Shown: piece after piece, positions 45,951 through 64,000 of the stretch
Numbering within the stretch: position 1 is the stretch's first letter
Layout of the letters: every line of letters begins with the position of its first letter
Assembly (NCBI RefSeq): GCF_009914755.1
Contig: NC_060929.1
DNA: 64,000 nt
Strand: one strand, 5' to 3'
From: the human T2T-CHM13v2.0 reference genome, Homo sapiens
Notes under the pieces: model-generated
What the model was told of the DNA's origin: nothing
Seen by the model: only the letters and a program-made list of their open reading frames with translations
Database searches by the model: none
Program-made: the position numbers and the translations under genes

Positions 45951-46555
45951 GAATAGTAATAAAAAGAAAGGGGAATTGATGTTGGTCATGCAAAACAAAA
46001 GATGTAGACGTAGACTATGAGAATTTCCCATGCTGAGCTTCAGCAAGAACCTGACAAATACGTTAGGTGAGCTGCACAGGAGAATCATCGGGGAACTGGT
46101 TTGCCCTGGCTGGGGCAGAGGATGTTCTCTCCCAGTCTGGGTGGCTCTCCAGTGACAGCACAAGAATCCCAGGCCGATACCTTGGCTCAGTGCTGCCACT
46201 CGCAAGCTCGGGAAGATTGTGATGCAGCTGGTCCAGGGTAAAAGCTGTCTTTTTCAGACTTCCACAGGCGATTCTGCTGCACAGTCAAGGTTGAAAAATG
46301 CTGCTCTAGTAAACGCTCTACTGCAGCAAGATGGGTTCAGATCAACTCTTAGGGATTACGTCCCCTGTGATAGGATTGGTATGTTTTTCCCCATCTGCAC
46401 AGCTTTCCAGAAAAGGGTCACTGGAGTTTTCTTGGAGGCTGAGGATGGGTGGGTGAACTGTGGATGACTCTATGGATCCAAAGCCTCTGAAAAGAACAAT
46501 AGCCACTGTTTGTTGAATGCCAATTGCAAGGCAGGTACTGTGTGTTGGGACTTGA

Positions 46556-47630
<1,075 letters not shown>

Positions 47631-49093
47631 TGGCTAAGGTACCCTACCAGGGAGTGGCAAAATGGACATTCAGACACAAGGCCATCTGCGCTGCAACAGC
47701 CTGGCCTTCCTGCCCTTGCGGCAGGAGTCCTCTGAGAGGCGCATCACTCCTGCCCCAATGGACAACTCGGTAGACAGTGGGAGTGAGCCCCCCACCTCCC
47801 CAGCGGACTTGAGACGGCAGGCTCCGAGACGAGGGAGTCCTGGTTCATTAAGTTGGTTTTTATAAGAAAACATGTTTGGAGGGGGGACAGCCACAGAGGG
47901 ATTAAGTCCAAGAAAGTTACACCCTCCCCCACCTAATCCCCCTGACCCCGACCTCCAGAGGCTGTTGGGGTTCACAGAGGCCCTCACCTCCTCCCTTCCC
48001 TCTCGGTGTCGTCAAGCACCCTCCTTCCCCACATTCTCTTTCTGCTTTCTTTTTAAATCCAGAAAAAACAGCACCTCCTCTGGATTCAGAGCTAGAGCAG
48101 GAGGAGCCTTCCCTTCCCGGAATCCCTGTTCCCTTTGGGGTGAGCAACTGACTGCGTCGTGGGGGCGGGGAGGGCTTCCCTGTTCGCGTTCGGCCCCAGG
48201 GAGACCTGCGGGAATCGTTCTCCCTCGCCACCACCCACCCCCTGCTTCCTTCTCCCCCTCGCCTTGGCCAGGCTCGGGGTGAGGAGTGTTATCCCGGAGT
48301 CTGGGCGCCTCGGCAGTGACGGCTCCCCAGGGACTGCAGGGGGAGCCCGGGCTGCAGCGCCTGCTCAGTTCGTGCTCACTGCGTCGAAGGCTCCCCCGGC
48401 CTGGCTCCGCGCCCAGCGCCGCATCCGGGAGGAGGAGCGAGGAGGCGGCGGAAGAGCCCGCGCGGCCGGAGTCCGGGGCTGGGAGTGGAGAGGGAACCTC
48501 CAGGGGGCAGCACCGAGCCGCCAAGCCGGTCCTCTCTTCGCGCCCAGCCCGGGGTCCCCAGACAGCCCATAGGGAAGCCCCTCTTTCGGATTCCCGCAGT
48601 GTGGGCCGGCCCTCCACCTGGACTGGATAAAGGGGGGAAAGTGACCCCTCACCACAAGGACCATTATCTCCTGGTGAGAACAAGAATCAGGCCTCTCTTG
48701 GGGCAATCAGCTTCCCCACTTCGGTCCCCCAAAGGTGGGCTCTTTGCCGGCGGGGACTAGGGAACAGCCTTTCGGTTCCGGGGGAGCACAGGGGACCCCA
48801 GGCACCAGCAGCCCCATCCCACCGACAGGTGGCAGAGGCAAGGCAGCTCACTGCTATACAGTGTCCCAAGAACCAAGTGGCCGTGACTTCCTATCCTCAA
48901 TTTCCCAGCGACACCCGGAAAGACACCGTGCCATAGATCGAGGCCCGGGGTCAAGGCCCCGCCTCTCCTGGGCGGCCCCTGCCCAGGCGGGCCCAGCCGC
49001 TCCTCCCCCGCACTCCCGGTTCGCTCTCACGGTCCCTGAGGTGGGCGGGCGGGCCCTGGATGACAGCGATAGAACCCCGGCCCGACTCGCCCT

Positions 49094-49102
49094 CGCCCCC
49101 GC
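49094..49102 (-). promoter_or_regulatory. EGR1: EGR binding site (CGCCCCCGC) in the EGR1 upstream promoter
   Basis: Perfect GCGGGGGCG on the minus strand, about 600 bp upstream of the start; consistent with the described autoregulatory EBS. Confidence 0.8.
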
Positions 49103-49279
49103 TCTGGGTCTGGGCTTCCCCAGCCTAGTTCACGCCTAGGAGCCGCCTGAGCAGCCGCGCGCCCAGCGCCACACGCCACGAGCCCTCCCCGCCTGGGCGT
49201 CCCCGGATCCCGCGAGCGCTCGGGCTCCCGGCTTGGAACCAGGGAGGAGGGAGGGAGCGAGGGAGCAACCAGCTGCGAC

Positions 49280-49367
49280 CCGGAAATGCCATATAAGGAG
49301 CAGGAAGGATCCCCCGCCGGAACAACCCTTATTTGGGCAGCACCTTATTTGGAGTGGCCCGATATGG
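49280..49367 (+). promoter_or_regulatory. EGR1: Distal SRE cluster: ETS CCGGAAAT plus CArG CCATATAAGG (49289-49298) and CCTTATTTGG x2 (49327-49336, 49343-49352)
   Basis: Perfect CC(A/T)6GG boxes with adjacent GGAA cores (SRF/ELK1 ternary complex sites). Confidence 0.95.
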
Positions 49368-49568
49368 CCCGGCCGCTTCCGGCTCTGGGAGGAGGGAAGA
49401 AGGCGGAGGGAGGGGCAACGCGGGAACTCCGGAGCTGCGCGGGTCCCGGAGGCCCCGGCGGCGGCTAGAGCTCTAGGCTTCCCCGAAGCCTGGGCGCCTG
49501 GGATGCGGGCGCGGGCGCGGGCCCTAGGGTGCAGGATGGAGGTGCCGGGCGCTGTCGGATGGGGGGCT

Positions 49569-49687
49569 TCACGTCACTCCGGGTCCTCCCGGCCGGTCCT
49601 GCCATATTAGGGCTTCCTGCTTCCCATATATGGCCATGTACGTCACGACGGAGGCGGACCCGTGCCGTTCCAGACCCTTCAAATAGA
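49569..49687 (+). promoter_or_regulatory. EGR1: Proximal EGR1 promoter: CRE-like TCACGTCA (49569), CArG CCATATTAGG (49602-49611), CArG CCATATATGG (49624-49633), CRE-like TACGTCA (49639), TATA-like AAATAGA (49681)
   Basis: Motifs read directly; established EGR1 promoter layout; TSS expected at ~49710-49720. Confidence 0.93.
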
Positions 49688-49989
49688 GGCGGATCCGGGG
49701 AGTCGCGAGAGATCCCAGCGCGCAGAACTTGGGGAGCCGCCGCCGCCATCCGCCGCCGCAGCCAGCTTCCGCCGCCGCAGGACCGGCCCCTGCCCCAGCC
49801 TCCGCAGCCGCGGCGCGTCCACGCCCGCCCGCGCCCAGGGCGAGTCGGGGTCGCCGCCTGCACGCTTCTCAGTGTTCCCCGCGCCCCGCATGTAACCCGG
49901 CCAGGCCCCCGCAACTGTGTCCCCTGCAGCTCCAGCCCCGGGCTGCACCCCCCCGCCCCGACACCAGCTCTCCAGCCTGCTCGTCCAGG

Positions 49990-50296
49990 ATGGCCGCGGC
50001 CAAGGCCGAGATGCAGCTGATGTCCCCGCTGCAGATCTCTGACCCGTTCGGATCCTTTCCTCACTCGCCCACCATGGACAACTACCCTAAGCTGGAGGAG
50101 ATGATGCTGCTGAGCAACGGGGCTCCCCAGTTCCTCGGCGCCGCCGGGGCCCCAGAGGGCAGCGGCAGCAACAGCAGCAGCAGCAGCAGCGGGGGCGGTG
50201 GAGGCGGCGGGGGCGGCAGCAACAGCAGCAGCAGCAGCAGCACCTTCAACCCTCAGGCGGACACGGGCGAGCAGCCCTACGAGCACCTGACCGCAG
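49990..50296 (+). CDS. EGR1: EGR1 exon 1 coding part (MAAAKAEMQLMSPLQISDPF...EHLTA)
   Basis: aggATGG start; G|gtaag donor; 307 nt; Ser/Gly-rich activation region. Confidence 0.98.
50161..50243 (+). repeat. EGR1: Coding (AGC)n-(GGC)n-(AGC)n repeat: two copies of GGCAGCAAC(AGC)6 flanking a poly-Gly stretch
   Basis: Seen directly. Confidence 0.9.
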
Positions 50297-50953
50297 GTAA
50301 GCAGTGGCCTACGCCGAGGGGGAACCCTTTCGCCACCATCCTGGCGTCCTGTCCTTCACCGCAGGAGTGCTCCTGGATCTTAGAATGAGAGCCGGGTTTC
50401 CCTTTCATTCCTCGCATCCCCAGAGTCATGTGTTAGAGGGATGCCAAGGAACCCCACACAGCCCACCCCCTGCCCTCATCCCTAGCGGAGCGCAGAGGAC
50501 CGAGCTTTTGTTTTGGATGGAGAGCTCTGGAGCTGCGTGGGTGGGTGGAGGGGGAGGGCTTGTTTTGATGAGCGGGGCTGCGCCCCCCACCTCCAGTAAG
50601 ACTTGCCTTGCCTTGCTTGCCGCCTGTCCCCAAGGAAGGACCGTGATCCTTGGCCGTGGATGTCCCGGCAGCCCGGGTTTGGGGGCGCGCACTAGCCGCG
50701 GCCATGGGGGTGCTGGCGGGAATCCCTCGCCCGCACAGCCGCCGCTGCGGAGCGCTGCGAGCTGCAGTGGAGGGGGATTCTCCGTATTTGCGTCAGCTGT
50801 TGTTGAAATGGGCTCTGCCACTGGTGCGGGTCCAGGAACATTGCAATGTGCTGCTATCAATTATTAACTACCTCGGGAGTCAATGGTAGCCGGCCCGGTC
50901 TCTTGCCTGGCAGCTCGGGTCGTCCTCGTCCTCCAGTGATTGCTTTCCAGTAA

Positions 50954-52309
<1,356 letters not shown>

Positions 52310-53550
52310 AGGGAAAGGGGAAAGAAAGGGAAAAGGGAGAAAAAGAAACACAAGAGACTTAAAGGACAGGAGGAGGAGATGGCCATAGGAGAGGAGGGTT
52401 CCTCTTAGGTCAGATGGAGGTTCTCAGAGCCAAGTCCTCCCTCTCTACTGGAGTGGAAGGTCTATTGGCCAACAATCCTTTCTGCCCACTTCCCCTTCCC
52501 CAATTACTATTCCCTTTGACTTCAGCTGCCTGAAACAGCCATGTCCAAGTTCTTCACCTCTATCCAAAGAACTTGATTTGCATGGATTTTGGATAAATCA
52601 TTTCAGTATCATCTCCATCATATGCCTGACCCCTTGCTCCCTTCAATGCTAGAAAATCGAGTTGGCAAAATGGGGTTTGGGCCCCTCAGAGCCCTGCCCT
52701 GCACCCTTGTACAGTGTCTGTGCCATGGATTTCGTTTTTCTTGGGGTACTCTTGATGTGAAGATAATTTGCATATTCTATTGTATTATTTGGAGTTAGGT
52801 CCTCACTTGGGGGAAAAAAAAAAAAGAAAAGCCAAGCAAACCAATGGTGATCCTCTATTTTGTGATGATGCTGTGACAATAAGTTTGAACCTTTTTTTTT
52901 GAAACAGCAGTCCCAGTATTCTCAGAGCATGTGTCAGAGTGTTGTTCCGTTAACCTTTTTGTAAATACTGCTTGACCGTACTCTCACATGTGGCAAAATA
53001 TGGTTTGGTTTTTCTTTTTTTTTTTTTTTGAAAGTGTTTTTTCTTCGTCCTTTTGGTTTAAAAAGTTTCACGTCTTGGTGCCTTTTGTGTGATGCGCCTT
53101 GCTGATGGCTTGACATGTGCAATTGTGAGGGACATGCTCACCTCTAGCCTTAAGGGGGGCAGGGAGTGATGATTTGGGGGAGGCTTTGGGAGCAAAATAA
53201 GGAAGAGGGCTGAGCTGAGCTTCGGTTCTCCAGAATGTAAGAAAACAAAATCTAAAACAAAATCTGAACTCTCAAAAGTCTATTTTTTTAACTGAAAATG
53301 TAAATTTATAAATATATTCAGGAGTTGGAATGTTGTAGTTACCTACTGAGTAGGCGGCGATTTTTGTATGTTATGAACATGCAGTTCATTATTTTGTGGT
53401 TCTATTTTACTTTGTACTTGTGTTTGCTTAAACAAAGTGACTGTTTGGCTTATAAACACATTGAATGCGCTTTATTGCCCATGGGATATGTGGTGTATAT
53501 CCTTCCAAAAAATTAAAACGAAAATAAAGTAGCTGCGATTGGGTATGTGT
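52310..53550 (+). other. EGR1: EGR1 3' UTR with AU/U-rich elements; poly(A) signals ATTAAA 53512-53517 and AATAAA 53523-53528
   Basis: Repeat-free U-rich UTR, hexamers followed by a GU-rich element. Confidence 0.9.
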
Positions 53551-55785
53551 TTCCTGGGTTAGGGGAAGGACTCTGCCCTATTGAGGGCTGTGAGGTTTTC
53601 TGAAGACTTGGCCTTTAGAGATACAAGGATCCTCCAGCCAGAGTCAGGCCCACTGTGTGAAACTGGAGTTCGTTATTTATGAGGACTGAGTATGGGTCTT
53701 CAAATAGGGTCTCGGTCTATCCACCCAGGCTGGAGTGCAGTAGTGTAATCACAGTTCACTGCAGCTTTGGTGTCTCAGGCTCAAGTGATCCTCCCACCTC
53801 AGCCTCCTGAGTAGCTGGGACTATAGGCACGTGCCACCACACTCGGTTAATGTTTATAGAGACAGGGTTTTGCCATGTTGCCCAGGCTGGAGTTCTTCTT
53901 GATAATGGGCCTGTTCCTCTTCAGTCTGTTGGGCTGAAGCTTTACCTTGGTTAGCTAAAGCCAAGAAAGGCAAGAGTTAGGGCTGGGACATGTGTGGCCA
54001 AAGGCAGTGTTACTCTCCTGGCATCAAATGTTGGGCCAGTCCCGTCCCCCACCTCTACTCAGGGTTGGAAAACCCATGATCTTGGGAATCCCTGCCATGT
54101 GCAGTTAGAGGAGGTAAGAAGTAGGCACAAGGCCTTTAGGGGAACAGTAACAATGCTGGGGCCGACTCAGCCTCTCCCTCCCATTCCCCAGGTCCCCAGC
54201 AACTTGAGGGCATCAAAGAAGCCTAGACGAGGTAAAGGCCAGTTCTCAAGCCAAGAATCCTTCCAGGAAGAAATTCTTATTACTTGCCAGCTGGAACTGC
54301 CATCCTTGGCAGCTTCGTGGGACAAAGGATAGAGTGGGCAGAAGCCTGGCCTGGTGTCTAAAGTTCCCATCCGGGCCAAATCTGTTCCCATTGTGTAGGA
54401 GGCCTGAGGTTCTAGGTTCTTTTGGGCCCAGTCCCCTGAGGGACCACTCCCACTGCTGGGGCAATCCCTGTGGGCACGTGAGCATCTGCCTACTCTGTGA
54501 GAGGCCTTGACCTGGCCACAGCAGACACCATGGGAGGAATGTGGATTGTTGGTTGGGGAGACGGACATAAGACACAAATCACAACATGGTATTGTGTTAT
54601 GCAATATGGGCAAGAATGGAGCTCTTTGGGAGCACAGTGAAGGGCACCCAACCCACCTGGGGGTTTAGGAAAGGTGGAAAAATTGAGTTAGGAAGCATAA
54701 GCAGGAGTCAACCTGATTGACTTGGTTTGTGGGTGAGGCAGGGAGGACACTGGCCAAGTCTACTCAGCAGTGTGGATGAGACGGATTACTGAGTGGAAGC
54801 ACTACCTCCAACCCCAATATCTAAGTCTTTTGTGAATTGGTCAGACTCCACGATTCACTGGGTGGATGGGTACAATAGATTTGATGTACTGGAATTCCCA
54901 ACCCTTGGCTCCTCTCCCAACTTCTGACCCCTAAAATCAGAGGAACAATGAGGTATCCCCTTGACCTGGTATGGTTATCAGGCCCTGAGTGAAGTGAAAG
55001 TCTAATCTGCTTCTACCTCTTCTCCTTCCTCTAAGGGTCTCCCAGGTGGTTCTCAACCCACACTTTCTGGAGCCAGAGGGATTCCAATAAACCCCTGACA
55101 TTGGCCCAATTCTTTCTTGTGCAGTCTAGCCTTCCCTGACCAACACTGTTGACCTCTGCCCTTTCCCATGGCACCAGACTCCTCAGCCTTGAGGAGGGGG
55201 AACAGGACACCTTCTCTAGTAAGGGGCACATCCCTGTGAGCCTCCTGGCAAAATTGCCAGGTCCTGATGGGACAATATTTGTATTGGCGCACCTCTTCCC
55301 AGCCCCACCTACCCCTCCCCATCTCACTCTAGGCCCAGGAACACAAGTCCATACCTGTTACACATTCTTAAGAGTTTCTCACTCCAGACTCCCAAGAAAT
55401 AAAACATGGCAAGAATAAAATATGAAAGAAGGAGCATTGAGACTCTATTTCTTTAAAGCAGAGGGTCTTGTAAGTTACAAGTGCATCAGAATGAGATTCC
55501 CAGGCCCCATGAACGGAGCAGGTGACTGATACCTTACATTTGGGATAGGGTCCTGGAACTGGCCTTGATAACAAGGTCATTCTGATGCAGATGGCTTGTT
55601 GCTAGCTAATATTTATTTTATTTTATTTTTGAGACAGGGTTTCATTGTCACTCAGGCTGGAGTGCAGTGGTGCGTTTATAGCCCATTGCAACCTTGAACT
55701 CCTGGGCTCAAAGTCTCCTCCAGCCTCCCAAGTAGCTGAGAATACAGATGCACTACAGGTGGCTAATTTTTAAAATTTTTTTTAA

Positions 55786-56152
<367 letters not shown>

Positions 56153-57844
56153 TAGTCCCTCCCATCTTGGCCTCTCGAGGTGCTGGGATTACAGGCGTGA
56201 GCCAACACATTTGGCTGCTAGCTAATTTTTATTAGCCCGTCACCAGGGTTTCTTTAGGTTCTGACAGTCCAAACTTAAGTTTCTTTTCATGGCTGAAATA
56301 GGGAATGGGGCAAAAAGCTGCTCCCTTTTACAGTCCTATAGTATAAGGAATGTGTTGGCTGATATAAAAATAAAAATATAAAAATAATAAGTGTTTATTT
56401 AAATTCCTACTCCTGCTAGGGAAATAGAAAACCAAGGGCACGAGACAGTGCTGATAAGAGATCTCATCATTATAAAGGTTAAGGTTGGAGAAGGGTCCCG
56501 GAGAGTGTTGAACAAGTGATTGCTACCTGGGGAAATTGTCTAGGGCTTCAGGAATATGAGGAAGGACAGAGAGGAGTAGGGTAGAAGGGAGTTGGGGGTG
56601 GGGGACTGGGCTAAGGACAAGGACAGGTTTTGATTCTGAAGTGAAAGAACCAGGTCCTAAAGACCCTTGACCCTTCCTCCTCCTACCTGAAAGGTACTCT
56701 TTTGCTTGAATTTCAGGAACGTTCAGCCTCGTTCTCACCTGTTTTGAAAGATTCCAAGCACTCAGGAAGGCGGAGCTTGGCCCGGGATTTGCAGCACGCT
56801 GGAGTTTTCAGTGTGTTTCCTTCCACCTTCCCCCTATTCAGAACCGCCCCTATCCCCCAGGTATGGAACTGGAGGCAGGTAAGAGTACTATAGGGTCAAA
56901 GGTATTCCCTGCCAGTCCCCCTCCCTGCATCCACACTGTTTTCACTGTTTCAGGACACACTTAATGCAGTTGGAGAGGGGAAGCCATTGGGCAGAGGGAT
57001 ATCCCAGAGTCCTAAGGGAAATGAGGCCAAGTTTAAAAGAATCAGATGTCAAGCAAATAACATTTCAACATTTTACCCAGAAACCTTTGGGTGCTAATAA
57101 GATTTTTGCACCCAAATAGCAAATCTAACCCTCTACTTCAGTAATTTTTCTCTCAGTCTCCTTATCTCCATTACTAGGACCTAGGAGAGCCTCTGTGGCT
57201 AAGCTTACTTCAGATGACCTCTTAGGTCAGATCGGTGGCCCAGCAACTCAGATGCAAGTAAAATCTCATTTCCCTTTCCAGGGAGTTCTCTCCATCAAGC
57301 CCATTCTCCTTAGCACTTAGGGTTTTAAAAATTATTATTACAACTCTATTGAGGGCTGTGTATGGTGGCTCACACCTGTAATTACTGCACTTTGGGAGGC
57401 TGAGGCTAGAGATTGCTTGAGCCCAGGAGTTCAAGACCAGCCTGGGCAACATAGGGAGACCCCGTCTCTACAAAAAAATAAAATAAACCAGGCATGGCAG
57501 CCCATGCCTGTAGTTCCAGATACTCGAGACGCTGAGGTAGGAGGATTGCTTGAGCCTGGGACATCAAGGCTGCAGTGAGCTGAGATTGTGCCTCTTCACT
57601 CCAGCTTGGGCAGCAGAGCAAGACCTGGTTTCAAAAAAAGTTTTTTTAAACTATTTTTGTATTTTTTAAGCCAGGTGCGGTAGCTCATGACTGTAATCCC
57701 AGCACTTTGAGGGGCCGAGGCAGGTGGATCATCTGAGGTCAGGAGTTCAAGACCAGCCTGGCCAACATGGTGAAATCTGGTCTCTACTAAAAATACAAAA
57801 ATTAGCCAGGCATCGTGGCAGGCACCTGTAGTCCCAGCTACTCA

Positions 57845-59477
<1,633 letters not shown>

Positions 59478-59489
59478 TAGAGGGTCTTA

Positions 59490-63955
<4,466 letters not shown>

Positions 63956-64000
63956 TTATTATGAGATATATATTCATTGTGAAAAATATAAAAGCATACC

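Larger units (their letters stand above)
48150..50930. promoter_or_regulatory. EGR1: EGR1 CpG island(s), including a CTCF-like motif gaacctccagggggcagca at 48494-48512
   Basis: High GC/CpG density from ~1.5 kb upstream through intron 1. Confidence 0.85.

Noticed and set aside
49465-50286. 273-aa antisense ORF over EGR1 exon 1
   Set aside because: Mirror of GC3-rich codons and the AGC repeats (poly-Ala); non-ATG start

Overview
Human (primate) genomic DNA, recognisable as chromosome 5q31.2. All three genes lie on the + strand: the last 11 coding exons and 3' UTR of the JmjC H3K9 demethylase KDM3B (3173-~21245), the complete 8-exon REEP2 gene (CDS 23425-29967, 254/252 aa), and the complete 2-exon immediate-early gene EGR1 (CDS 49990-52309, 543 aa) with its SRE/CRE promoter. 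Every exon boundary was checked by hand for GT-AG and reading-frame continuity. There are two processed pseudogenes: a 5'-truncated TTLL12 retrocopy inserted inside an Alu (minus strand, ~37024-38952), and a full-length RPL7 retrocopy that is split, partly inverted and hit by three Alus (57973-59477). The rest is Alu-dense, with MIR/L2/L1M/MER5/MLT1 fragments; most entries in the ORF track are Alu or GC-rich shadow frames. I found no convincing wholly new biological system. The best unexplained leads are: a dispersed cluster of ~11 copies of a YTCAGAACCAAYT motif ~13 kb downstream of the EGR1 start, the odd RPL7 inversion, an in-frame stop-free KDM3B three-exon circRNA candidate carrying the catalytic HxD motif, EGR1 consensus sites inside EGR1's own coding exon, and a start-stop uORF plus a fully open in-frame 5' leader in EGR1. 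Gene identities come from recalled protein sequences. Repeat subfamilies and repeat boundaries are approximate.
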